Shown in pieces: positions 1-7,960 of a stretch of DNA of 51,458 nt (positions are counted from its first letter, which is position 1; the number at the start of each line of letters is the position of its first letter). The DNA lies in assembly GCA_964396535.1 (NCBI GenBank), contig CAYNFT010000002.1:1-51458 (forward strand). Reading direction: 5' to 3'. The position numbers and the translations under genes are program-made. The DNA comes from an uncultured Dehalococcoidales bacterium. GTDB taxonomy: Bacteria > Chloroflexota > Dehalococcoidia > Dehalococcoidales > UBA2162. The notes beneath the pieces are model-generated. The model had not been told where the DNA came from. It saw nothing but the letters and a program-made list of their open reading frames with translations, and searched no databases.

Positions 1-258
1 GCCACTCTTCTTCTTAGTCTTCGCGATTTTAGTTAGTACGTTATTTTGATGTTCATCCATTTCAGCTAAGTCGCGTTTTAGCCATCTCCCGCTATAGGCA
101 TAATTATAAACCATATAAATAGCATCCTGTGTACGCCCTAGAGATTTGGCAAGGTTTCTTACATTAGTGTGTGTCGGAACTAAGCTAAGAATCAGGTCTA
201 CCTCCTGTTGTGAATAACGTTCAAAAGCTCTCGCAACACCGTCACTCTTTTTCTTCAC
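1..258 (-). CDS. hypothetical small protein, N-terminal part only (ORF runs off the left edge)
   Basis: Not in the ORF track. My own minus-strand translation finds GGAGG, 5 nt, then GTG at 258. It reads VKKKSDGVARAFERYSQQEVDLILSLVPTHTNVRNLAKSLGRTQDAIYMVYNYAYSGRWLKRDL... with no stop down to position 1. Confidence 0.4.
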   Translation of the reverse strand, partial: MKKKSDGVARAFERYSQQEVDLILSLVPTHTNVRNLAKSLGRTQDAIYMVYNYAYSGRWLKRDLAEMDEHQNNVLTKIAKTKKKSG

Positions 259-282
259 AATGCCCTCCTAGAGATTTATTTT

Positions 283-404
283 ACCCCATCCCCCTGTATC
301 CCCCTTCCCCTTGTTAAGGGGAAGGGGATGTTTTTCTGAAGAGGGGCTAACGCCCCTCTTCAACTCCCCGTTATTTATATGACTTCGTCCCTCTTGAACT
401 CCCT
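283..404. repeat. modular intergenic palindromic repeat, copy R1 (M1 hairpin + 2 M2 modules)
   Basis: ACCCCATCCCCCTGTATCC precedes hairpin CCCCTTCCCCTT-gtt-AAGGGGAAGGGG (301-327). Hairpin GAAGAGGGGC-taac-GCCCCTCTTC followed by AACTCCCC comes next, then a degenerate second M2 (GACTTCGTCCCTCTTGAACTCCCT). Confidence 0.85.
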
Positions 405-540
405 ATATGTTAAGGTCTTTACCCATTTTAGTCCACATTAGAACAGGCCTGCTCCACGCTCCTCGAGGCTTCGCCGGTTACCGCAGAGGTTTTTTAGTAA
501 GATTCCACCTCCATAAAGGGAATAACACGGCGGCATTACA

Positions 541-602
541 GCCCTTTTTGAAATCTCCCCCTCTCCTTGTTAAGGAGAGGGGGATTAAGGGGGTGAGGTT
601 AA
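541..602. repeat. modular intergenic repeat, copy R2 (inverted orientation, M1 variant only)
   Basis: Hairpin TCCCCCTCTCCTT-gtt-AAGGAGAGGGGGA (556-584) is followed by TTAAGGGGGTGAGGTTA, the reverse complement of the ACCCCATCCCC-type arm. It lies just 3' of the rubrerythrin stop. Confidence 0.75.
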
Positions 603-608
603 GAAACT

Positions 609-1115
609 CTAGTCTATTCGCTTAAAAGACCTGGCGGGTGCGCCGCAGACGGGACATTTTTCGGGGGCTTCACCGGGCACGGTATTACCGCAGACCTGGC
701 AGACAAAATACGGCTCTTCCTTTAGCTGCCTGTCCTCGTTAAGGGCTTTAAGCGCCTCCTCAAAGTGGAGGTAATGAACTTGCTCCACCTCGTTAGCATA
801 TTCAAAGGTACGCTTTGCTCTTTCATTTTGTTCCTGCTCCGCCTGGTCAATAAAAACAGGATACATCCTGGTGAACTCATAGTGTTCACCAACGGAAGCA
901 GCCATCACGTTCTCCTTGGTCGCACCAATAGCATCCATAGCGTTAAAATGATTTCGGGCGTGAACCGTCTCCGCCTCAGCAGCAGCCCGGAACAGCCTGG
1001 CTACCTGGGGATGGCCTTCCTTCTCTGCTTTGTCAGCAAAAAACAGGTAGCGCCGATTAGCCTGACTCTCCCCGGCAAAGGCTTCCTGTAGATTTTGTTC
1101 TGTCTTGTACTCCAT
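609..1115 (-). CDS. rbr: rubrerythrin
   Basis: 168 aa. It has a ferritin-like diiron domain (EAFAGESQANRRYLFFA, ETVHARNH, EHYE) and a C-terminal rubredoxin-type CxxC...CxxC (CQVCG...CPVCG). Confidence 0.9.
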   Translation of the reverse strand: MEYKTEQNLQEAFAGESQANRRYLFFADKAEKEGHPQVARLFRAAAEAETVHARNHFNAMDAIGATKENVMAASVGEHYEFTRMYPVFIDQAEQEQNERAKRTFEYANEVEQVHYLHFEEALKALNEDRQLKEEPYFVCQVCGNTVPGEAPEKCPVCGAPARSFKRID

Positions 1116-1146
1116 TTTATGCCCCCCTTAACAGATAATATTTATT

Positions 1147-1309
1147 AACCCCATCCCCCTTTATCCCCCTTCCCCTTATCAAGGGGAAAGGTAAAGTTTT
1201 AGGAAGAGGGGTTCCGCCCCTCTTAGACGCCCCTTTCCCCTCCTGTTGAAAGGACTTCGTCCCTCTTAAACTCCCTATTGTTTTGGGGCTTCGCCCCTTT
1301 TTAGTCCCC
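1147..1309. repeat. modular intergenic repeat, copy R3 (M1 + 3 M2 modules)
   Basis: AACCCCATCCCCCTTTATCC is followed by CCCTTCCCCTT-atc-AAGGGGAAAGG. Three M2-type units follow: AAGAGGGGttccGCCCCTCTTAGACGCCCC, GACTTCGTCCCTCTTAAACTCCCT and GGGGCTTCGCCCCTTTTTAGTCCCC. Confidence 0.85.
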
Positions 1310-1332
1310 TGTAATCCAGTATAGTTTATCTA

Positions 1333-2196
1333 TTATATCTCTTCTATATCAGCCAGTGTCTCCGTCAGATAAGGTTCTAGCCCCTGATTTTGCAGGAGAA
1401 CGCATAGCGCCTCAGCCTTATCTTTGTCTTTTACCATAGTGAACAAAGCCGGACCTGAACCAGCCAGGTGAACATCGGCGGCACCCATTTTGACAAAGTG
1501 CGACCTTGATACGTCCAGCCCCGAAAAGCGGTAAAAGGCAACATTCTCAAAGGTATTGAACAAAAGGGAAGACGTAAATTCCCTGCCCGTCTTTAATTCC
1601 TCTACCAGCCTCTGAGTAATCTGCCCGTCTGTATAATGGTTGGCTCCAAGGCTCTCGTAGAGCTGCTTTGTCTTGCCCGGTAGCCTTGGTACGGGGGGTA
1701 TCGCCAGGACAACCCGCATATGGGGTAATGGTGGCAGGGGGGTTACTAGTTCACCTCTGCCCTCAATCAAAGCCGTGCCGCCATAGAGAAAAAAGGATAC
1801 ATCCGAACCTAACTGCCTGGCAAGCTCAAGCAATTTCTCCAGCGATAAATTCAATCCCCAGAGCTGGTTTAACCCGCGCAGAACAGCCGCCGCATCACTG
1901 CTATCTCCACCCAGCCCTGAAAGTATAGGGATATGTTTTTTAACCTCGACAGTCACCCCTTCAGAACAACCGGCAGCCTGCTGAAGCAAGGTAACTGCCC
2001 TGGATACCAGGCTTTCGTCGGCAATCCAGTCCGGCATATCGGACTTAAAAGTGATATTCTGGCTCGACTGAAAACTGAGGCTATCACACAGGTTTATTGT
2101 CTGAATAACGCTACGGATTTCATGAAATCTGTCCTGGCGCTCAGCCAGTACCTCAAGGGTTAAATTTATCTTTGCCGGCGCTAAAACGGTCACCAT
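1333..2196 (-). CDS. ispE: 4-diphosphocytidyl-2-C-methyl-D-erythritol kinase
   Basis: 287 aa. The N-terminus APAKINLTLEVL and the GHMP-kinase motif PILSGLGGDSSDAAA support the call. It abuts the rsmA stop. Confidence 0.9.
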   Translation of the reverse strand: MVTVLAPAKINLTLEVLAERQDRFHEIRSVIQTINLCDSLSFQSSQNITFKSDMPDWIADESLVSRAVTLLQQAAGCSEGVTVEVKKHIPILSGLGGDSSDAAAVLRGLNQLWGLNLSLEKLLELARQLGSDVSFFLYGGTALIEGRGELVTPLPPLPHMRVVLAIPPVPRLPGKTKQLYESLGANHYTDGQITQRLVEELKTGREFTSSLLFNTFENVAFYRFSGLDVSRSHFVKMGAADVHLAGSGPALFTMVKDKDKAEALCVLLQNQGLEPYLTETLADIEEI

Positions 2197-3108
2197 CTAT
2201 TTTCCCCCCACCCCGGTATATACCCGCCAGAGATGTGCCCAATCCTCAAGGCTCAGGGTCTCAGCCCGCCGCTGCGGGGCTATCTTAGCCTTCTCCAGCA
2301 AGTTTAACGATTCTACCTTTGATATTCCCAGACCCTGAGCCAGGGAATTTGCTATCTGCTTGCGTGAAGCGCTAAAACCGGCCCGCACCAGGGCAAAAAA
2401 GCTCTCCCTGTCGGTCATCTCGACCACTGGCTGAGAATATGGCGCCACCCTCAGCAGGGCTGAGTCAACCTCTGGCACCGGATAAAAACAACGGGCTGGC
2501 ACATAGCCCGCTATCGTCGGCTCACCGTAAAGCTGCACGCTGACACTAAGCAGGCTCATCCGACCGGGTTTAGCAGCAATTTCCTCGGCTACCTCCTTCT
2601 GCACCATCACCACCATAAGCTCAGGTCTAACTCCAGCCTCAAGAAAGTGGCGCAGGACGGGAGAAGTAATATAATAGGGGAGATTGGCTACCACCTTGTA
2701 GGTTGGGGAGGGTTTTTCAACCTTTACTTCATTAAGTAAAGCCACCGGCTCCACCTTCAGCACATCCTCATTAATAATGGTAACATTCTTGAAAGAAGAC
2801 AGGCTCTGTTTCAACATGTCTGCAAGCTTGTTATCCAGCTCAACGGCAATCACCCGACCAGCCTGTTTGGCTAGCTCCCCGGTCAGCACCCCCAGACCGG
2901 GACCCACCTCCACGACAACATCGTCAGGATTAAGCTGAGCGGTCGAGAGAATAAGCCCAAGCACTTCTTCATCAATGAGAAAATGCTGTCCCAGCCCCTT
3001 CCTCGCCCGAAGGCCAAAACGGCGCAGCAGCTTCTTAGTCTGGTCTAAAAGCGCCTCTGTCTCTGGATAACGCCGACTATGAACTTTCCCCGTCGGTTTT
3101 ACTCCCAC
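2197..3108 (-). CDS. rsmA: 16S rRNA (adenine1518/1519-N6)-dimethyltransferase
   Basis: 303 aa with GQHFLIDEEVL and the SAM motif VVEVGPGLGVLT. The rsmA-ispE pairing is a common conserved neighbourhood. Confidence 0.9.
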   Translation of the reverse strand: MGVKPTGKVHSRRYPETEALLDQTKKLLRRFGLRARKGLGQHFLIDEEVLGLILSTAQLNPDDVVVEVGPGLGVLTGELAKQAGRVIAVELDNKLADMLKQSLSSFKNVTIINEDVLKVEPVALLNEVKVEKPSPTYKVVANLPYYITSPVLRHFLEAGVRPELMVVMVQKEVAEEIAAKPGRMSLLSVSVQLYGEPTIAGYVPARCFYPVPEVDSALLRVAPYSQPVVEMTDRESFFALVRAGFSASRKQIANSLAQGLGISKVESLNLLEKAKIAPQRRAETLSLEDWAHLWRVYTGVGGK

Positions 3109-4712
3109 AGTTCCTCAATGTCTTTTTCAGCCTGTTTTTGAATATCAGCCTCATCAACGGAGATGAAGTCTTTATAGGAATCGGCCGAACCATACTCCCG
3201 TGTCCTGACCACCACCGGCATCGGCACCGCATGACCGAAGATAAGCGCCTGCTGCTTTGATTCTAGCTTGGCTAACACCGATTTAAGCTCACTCCGACCT
3301 GATACGCCAGCCAGCACGCTATCAATATCACGTTCGTTGTCCAACAGGCAGGTTATCTTGGTACCTATCTGCGACATAACCTCCTCATCAATACCACTGG
3401 GGCGCTGGTCAATGACCAGCAGGGTAGCATTATACTTGCGCATCTCACGGGCAATGGTGCCGAAGATGGTCTGGCTGGCTAGTCCGGGATTAAGGAAGCG
3501 ATGTGCCTCCTCAATGGTGATAACCAGGGGATGAGGCGGGGCGCTATCCTCGGCTATCGCCTTCTCCATCCTTTCCCGGTACTGGGCATGGATGCGGCGG
3601 GTGAGCAGGTTTGCCACCAGGATATAGGCGGTAATATCGGTATACCTGCCAAACTCCAGGACTACATTTATGCCACGGTCGAGATATTCCAGGATGCGCT
3701 GCACTACATTATCGGGAGAACGAGAGACGAGAAAGGGAAGCCTCCCGATAGTCGCCAGCCCGCGCTTTAAATTATTCAGGGTACCTTCGTGTATGGTCAA
3801 GCCCTCGGGTAATTCCTCGGTATCTTTTATATCAAGGGTGCTCTGCAGCCAGTTTCTGCCAAATCTTCGGGATAGCTGGTATACCGCTTCAACGGCAAGC
3901 TCGGTAAGGTTTAACGTCTGGCGCAGCAAGGCAATATCCTCCGGCTCTATCTCGTCATAGCCTATCCTGACAACAAAGTCGGTGCTTACTCGCCGGCGCT
4001 TTGAATTTTCCTCATCTAAAGTAAAAACAGCCACCTTCTCCGGGAAAAGCTGCTTCAAGGCTTTAACCTTCCGTCCCTCCTCACTCCGGCTCTCCCAGCC
4101 GTATTCACTGTGCATATCAAAGACCAGATTTACCGCCGCCGATTTTTGCAGCATGCCGATGAGAAGCAAGCGGGTAAGAAAGGTCTTGCCGGTGCCGCTC
4201 TTGCCGAAGATACCATTCGACCGCTTGACCAGTTCCGGGAGGTCAAGGCAAATCTTGGTCTCCATATCCAGCGGGGTGCCAATATAGAACTTCCTGGCAT
4301 CCTCCCCGCCAAAGACCAGCTCCACATCCTGCTGCGATGCCAGTTTTACCTCCGAGAAGTGACCGGGAACGGTCTTAACCGGCTGGGGTCCCTCGATTAA
4401 GCTGGTCACATCACCTCCAATAGTAAGATATGGGGTCACGTGGAGGGTTCCGTAGGTGCTGGTTCCAGTCAGGACTTCAGCCACAAAGGGGTCGGAGACA
4501 TCGGGCGGGGTCTGGATAAGTTTCTGGTCGGTTACCCCCAGGCTGATATCATCTATCATGCCAAAGAACCGCCGCTTCTCTCCTTCGATGGTTACATAGC
4601 GCCCCACCACCATCTCCTCAATCGAAGCCGAGCTGTCCAGCCGAACCTCCACCCCCCTGGTCAACGAGCCAGAAACGACAATACCCAACTTTTCAGCGTC
4701 TTCACCGGTCAT
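3099..4712 (-). CDS. herA: HerA-like (DUF87/FtsK-HerA superfamily) ATPase with N-terminal HAS-barrel
   Basis: 537 aa. It has an N-terminal barrel-like segment (GIVVSGSLTRGVEVRLD...GRYVTIEG...FGMIDDISL), Walker A GIFGKSGTGKTF and a Walker B-like LLVIDQRPS. Confidence 0.75.
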   Translation of the reverse strand: MTGEDAEKLGIVVSGSLTRGVEVRLDSSASIEEMVVGRYVTIEGEKRRFFGMIDDISLGVTDQKLIQTPPDVSDPFVAEVLTGTSTYGTLHVTPYLTIGGDVTSLIEGPQPVKTVPGHFSEVKLASQQDVELVFGGEDARKFYIGTPLDMETKICLDLPELVKRSNGIFGKSGTGKTFLTRLLLIGMLQKSAAVNLVFDMHSEYGWESRSEEGRKVKALKQLFPEKVAVFTLDEENSKRRRVSTDFVVRIGYDEIEPEDIALLRQTLNLTELAVEAVYQLSRRFGRNWLQSTLDIKDTEELPEGLTIHEGTLNNLKRGLATIGRLPFLVSRSPDNVVQRILEYLDRGINVVLEFGRYTDITAYILVANLLTRRIHAQYRERMEKAIAEDSAPPHPLVITIEEAHRFLNPGLASQTIFGTIAREMRKYNATLLVIDQRPSGIDEEVMSQIGTKITCLLDNERDIDSVLAGVSGRSELKSVLAKLESKQQALIFGHAVPMPVVVRTREYGSADSYKDFISVDEADIQKQAEKDIEELWE

Positions 4713-4715
4713 TAC

Positions 4716-5201
4716 TCAATTCTCCTCATACAGTAGCGATTCTTCCAGGTCCCACCTGTACCGACACTTCTGTCTATCGCCGTTCCGATACATATCTGTA
4801 TTTTCCGGCAGGTCAACAATTTCAACAAGCTCACAGCCTAAAATCTCGCAGGTTCGACGTGACGGGTAATTATCCGGATTACAGGTTATCCACAATGTCT
4901 TGAGACCATAGTCAATAGCAACACGCTTTATGAGATTACAGGCTTTTGCCGCATACCGATTGCCCCGATATTTTTCGTTTATCCCATATCCTATATGACC
5001 ACCATACATTATGAGGTGTCTGGTATTCCCAATGCGCAAATCGATTTGCCCGATTGGCTCGGGGCTACCCGACAGAAGTATGTCAAACCTGTACACGGGC
5101 ACATACTCTATTTCCGGCTTTGCTGGCCGTCTCTCTCTGACAACGACCCCTATTTCGCCGTCAGTGAACGTCCCGTAGTCATTAAACTTGAAGTCCGTCA
5201 T
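4716..5201 (-). CDS. GNAT family N-acetyltransferase
   Basis: The tracked ORF (to 5336) is trimmed to ATG 5201 (MTDFKFNDYG...) because its upstream part overlaps the end of the neighbouring gene. The acetyl-CoA-site-like segment is INEKYRGNRYAAKACNLI. It sits 3 nt upstream of the herA-like start. Confidence 0.7.
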   Translation of the reverse strand: MTDFKFNDYGTFTDGEIGVVVRERRPAKPEIEYVPVYRFDILLSGSPEPIGQIDLRIGNTRHLIMYGGHIGYGINEKYRGNRYAAKACNLIKRVAIDYGLKTLWITCNPDNYPSRRTCEILGCELVEIVDLPENTDMYRNGDRQKCRYRWDLEESLLYEEN

Positions 5202-5232
5202 TATTTGTATTTGCCTGACTTTTTCTGAATTA

Positions 5233-5826
5233 CTACCTGATTTTGCCCAGAATAGCCTTAAGGCGGTTAAACTCGCCGCCGAGTAATATGGCAAGCTCCT
5301 TACCCGCCGCCACCAGAAACTTCTGGCGGTCTTCATATACCTGGCTCATCTGGCGCAGCGAGGCAGCCACAATCTCCTCAACAGAAACCAGCAGATGGGC
5401 GTTAATCAGTATATTGAGAAAGTCAAAAGACCGGCTGAACTCTCTTACCTCTTCGGGCTGACATTGATAGATGAAGCTGTGGATTCGGGCTGGCCTGGAG
5501 GGCAGGTAGTGAAAGAGTTTTTCCTTCTCCCTGTATCCGACCACCAAAGCGCTAAACTCGGTACGCAGCAGCTTTAGTAATTGCGGACTCGAGCGATAGA
5601 TTTCCTCCTCGTCGGCTTCGTCCTTGCCCCTGGCAATCGGACGCCGTCCCGGCTCAATACTGGCGGTGGTAGCATTATAGACGATGCCGTATTGCTCCAC
5701 CGATTCATCGGTGGTCTTCACCAGGCTGCCCAGAGGCGGCGACTGGTAGAGCTCGTAGCACTGCGCCACAAGTTCGGCGGTGCTGGCTTCAATCACCTCA
5801 CCCACTCTTTCTGATAATTCAGCCAT
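5233..5826 (-). CDS. hypothetical protein with HAS-barrel-like N-terminus (possible HerA partner)
   Basis: The tracked ORF (to 5934) is trimmed to ATG 5826 (GGGGGAGAAATA ATG; MAELSERVGEVIEAST...). The first 36 tracked codons merely translate repeat R4. GEVIEASTAELVAQCY...LGSLVKT...YGIVYNATTASIE resembles a HAS barrel. Confidence 0.6.
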   Translation of the reverse strand: MAELSERVGEVIEASTAELVAQCYELYQSPPLGSLVKTTDESVEQYGIVYNATTASIEPGRRPIARGKDEADEEEIYRSSPQLLKLLRTEFSALVVGYREKEKLFHYLPSRPARIHSFIYQCQPEEVREFSRSFDFLNILINAHLLVSVEEIVAASLRQMSQVYEDRQKFLVAAGKELAILLGGEFNRLKAILGKIR

Positions 5827-5851
5827 TATTTCTCCCCCGATTTCCGTTACT

Positions 5852-5937
5852 AACCCCATCCCCCCGTATTCCCCTTCCCCTTGGTAAGGGGAAGGGGAAT
5901 TTTTAGGAAGAGGGGCTTCGCCCCTCTTAGACACCCC
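5852..5937. repeat. modular intergenic repeat, copy R4 (M1 + M2)
   Basis: The sequence is AACCCCATCCCCCCGTATTCC, CCCTTCCCCTT-ggt-AAGGGGAAGGGG, then GGAAGAGGGGC-ttc-GCCCCTCTTAGACACCCC. Confidence 0.85.
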
Positions 5938-5949
5938 GTAATTATAACC

Positions 5950-6027
5950 CTATTTCTTCTTTGCTTCCTGCTTCTTACCCTTCTGCTGCTTGGGCTTCTT
6001 CACATTCTTTCTTCCCTTACTACCCAT
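5950..6027 (-). CDS. possible 25-aa lysine-rich peptide (unannotated small ORF)
   Basis: My own reading finds GGGAGG, 8 nt, then ATG at 6027. It encodes MGSKGRKNVKKPKQQKGKKQEAKKK ending in TAG. There is no homology evidence. Confidence 0.25.
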   Translation of the reverse strand: MGSKGRKNVKKPKQQKGKKQEAKKK

Positions 6028-6063
6028 TGCTTTTGCCTCCCTTGCATATTAACAAATTATCTA

Positions 6064-6162
6064 TCACCCTATCTGCCCCGAGACGAAGCCGTATATAAGA
6101 CCGCCGATAAGCATGACCAGTCCCAAAGCCAGCAAGGCCCAGTACCACCACTTTATTCCCAT
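6064..6162 (-). CDS. possible 32-aa single-TM peptide (unannotated small ORF)
   Basis: My own reading finds AAGGAGG, 6 nt, then ATG at 6162. It encodes MGIKWWYWALLALGLVMLIGGLIYGFVSGQIG ending in TGA, one hydrophobic helix. Confidence 0.3.
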   Translation of the reverse strand: MGIKWWYWALLALGLVMLIGGLIYGFVSGQIG

Positions 6163-6182
6163 TTGAGCCTCCTTACCCCAAC

Positions 6183-6267
6183 AGGGATTTTAAGAGGGCG
6201 ATAGCCCTCTTTTATTTCTCTCCCCCTCTCTTTAAAAGGAGAGGGGGACAAAAGGGATGAGGTTATT
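6183..6267. repeat. modular intergenic repeat, copy R5 (inverted orientation, M2 + M1 variant)
   Basis: The sequence is AAGAGGGC-gat-AGCCCTCTT, then TCTCCCCCTCTCTTT-aaa-AGGAGAGGGGGA, then CAAAAGGGATGAGGTTATTA. Confidence 0.8.
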
Positions 6268-6299
6268 ACATATTATATTATATCCACCCCATCCTACGG

Positions 6300-6704
6300 C
6301 TAAATGAGATTTTTGCTGGAATCCTTATTGGCGCCGATGTAGTAGATTTCATCCACCTTGACCACCACCACTGCTTTGGGATTAAACGGGAACTTCTTTT
6401 CCTGGGCACGATGGTTCGCCTCGTTAAGAAGTTCCCCGGATGTCTCCACCCTGGCTTTGCCCTTGAACTGGTACCCATATCCATCTTCCATGGTCCAAAA
6501 GGTAACCGCAGCCACCGGGTTTTCATCCAGGTTCTGCCGGGTCTTATGCATAAAATTATCCACCAGCATGACTTCATCATCCGAGATTATTCTAACCATG
6601 CCGATGGGAACTCCGTTCGGTTTGCCATCCTTGCTGGCTGTAGCCAGTATGAAAGGTCTTGCCTTTGCCGCAATATCTTTCATATCCTGTGATATCTTTG
6701 CCAT
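6300..6704 (-). CDS. pyridoxamine 5'-phosphate oxidase-family FMN-binding protein
   Basis: 134 aa with a split-barrel pattern (ILATASKDGKPNGVPIGMVRIISDDEVMLVDNFMHKTRQNLDENPVAAVTFW). Confidence 0.7.
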   Translation of the reverse strand: MAKISQDMKDIAAKARPFILATASKDGKPNGVPIGMVRIISDDEVMLVDNFMHKTRQNLDENPVAAVTFWTMEDGYGYQFKGKARVETSGELLNEANHRAQEKKFPFNPKAVVVVKVDEIYYIGANKDSSKNLI

Positions 6705-6731
6705 ATTGGCTCCTTCCCTTCATTAATTTAT

Positions 6732-7934
6732 TTAAACCCACCTTGTCCTTTTACTACGGCTCTTGCCGGAGGTGGGAGTGGGCATATGCTCCTCCACCAA
6801 GGAAGACTCCACCAGAGCCCAAAAATTCTCTCTATCGGCCATAGTTACCACCGCCTGCTCGTGGGCTTCAGATATTGCTACCGGGTAGCCGTGTCCCCGC
6901 TGGCACTGGTCCAGGACAAGACTATGGGTAAGGTTAAGTAAATTTTCGTCCCTGGCCACCCACTGCGGAACTTCAACCCTGGCTATTTCGTCCTCCAATC
7001 TGAGGTAGAAGAAATAGACCCAGTGCTCTCCATAGTGCTTCCGAACCACCGAAGACTGGCTCGTAAACAGCGCCGACCTCTCCCCCTGATTTAACAGGCT
7101 AGAGAAAAGCTCCCTGTCCTGAACACCAGCCACGGCATCGCATTCCCTTTTTTCACACTGCTGGCAGTGGCGGTCAGTGTCAAGGGGGTCATTGGGACAA
7201 ATAGCCACCCGCAGGGTATTGACCACGTCAGCGCTGCGAGGGAGGCTGATATAGCTGGCAAGGGCAAGCATTTTATCTTTGTTCTGTTTTCTGAGCTGGC
7301 TAAGATAGTTCAAAAAACCGTTTTTCAGCAGCATTTCACTGACAAACTCCGGGTAATCAGCCCCTAGCCCCCAGAGAATGAGAGTGCCGTCAAGCAGAGC
7401 CAGATTTGAGCTATCCGGCGGCAGCTCAGCCGCCAGCTCAACCAAGCGCCGGCACTCGTCCACACTGCGCTTGATACCTAAAAGAGCACCTTCTACCGGC
7501 TGTCCACGACCCTTGGTGCCAGCCGGAGCGATAACCAGGTCTTCATCCCCAGCATAAAGGCTGGGAAAACTATCAAGTATGGCATCTGGGCTGTCACCAT
7601 AACGAAGAACGACGCTCCCGATGTTTATCAGGTAGCACCTTGCTGAGCGGTGGCGGTCAACATCAATATGGGAGCCATCGGTAGCAATTACGGTGAATTC
7701 GGCAGGGAGGGGCGGTGCTTTATAGTGCTGGTCAAGCCCCTCAACTATATCAGCCACCAGCCAGGTAGTCCTGCTGGAAGCAATCTTCCTTTTCAGATTA
7801 TCAATGTCGTCAGCCTGGCTACGCAGGGTATCCAGAGCGTACTGAAGACGCTCCTGCCTCTCGTTGAGACCGGCTTTCAGCCTGGTAAGCATTTCCCCTA
7901 CCTGCGAAGCCACCTTGGTTAAATCTAACGACAT
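6732..7934 (-). CDS. nurA: NurA-domain nuclease-like protein
   Basis: 400 aa with NurA-type motifs VIATDGSHIDVDRH, LALLDGTLILWGL and a C-terminal YPVAISEAHEQAVV. Confidence 0.7.
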   Translation of the reverse strand: MSLDLTKVASQVGEMLTRLKAGLNERQERLQYALDTLRSQADDIDNLKRKIASSRTTWLVADIVEGLDQHYKAPPLPAEFTVIATDGSHIDVDRHRSARCYLINIGSVVLRYGDSPDAILDSFPSLYAGDEDLVIAPAGTKGRGQPVEGALLGIKRSVDECRRLVELAAELPPDSSNLALLDGTLILWGLGADYPEFVSEMLLKNGFLNYLSQLRKQNKDKMLALASYISLPRSADVVNTLRVAICPNDPLDTDRHCQQCEKRECDAVAGVQDRELFSSLLNQGERSALFTSQSSVVRKHYGEHWVYFFYLRLEDEIARVEVPQWVARDENLLNLTHSLVLDQCQRGHGYPVAISEAHEQAVVTMADRENFWALVESSLVEEHMPTPTSGKSRSKRTRWV

Positions 7935-7960
7935 CTCCCTGGCACCATTTATGATTTAAA

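Noticed and set aside
301-327. M1 polypurine/polypyrimidine hairpins as H-DNA or triplex-forming regulatory elements.
   Set aside because: The arms (CCCCTTCCCC) are mirror-symmetric, so triplex formation is conceivable. However, nothing in the sequence distinguishes this from an ordinary hairpin, so the idea is too speculative to report as a finding.
4886-4894. Perfect DnaA box TTATCCACA.
   Set aside because: It is a single isolated copy inside the GNAT coding sequence, 26 kb from dnaA, with no clustering. A chance occurrence is the simplest explanation.
5827-5934. N-terminal 36 codons of tracked ORF 5233-5934. The same issue affects 39837-39920 of ORF 39837-41111, and the whole ORFs 21095-21433(-), 9504-9878(+), 407-625(+) and 5881-6204(+).
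   Set aside because: These stretches simply translate copies of the intergenic repeat family (peptides like SPSPYQGEGEYGGMG and PFPLLRGRGYRGWG). Proper ATG starts with an RBS lie just downstream of the repeats, so they are ORF-calling artefacts.
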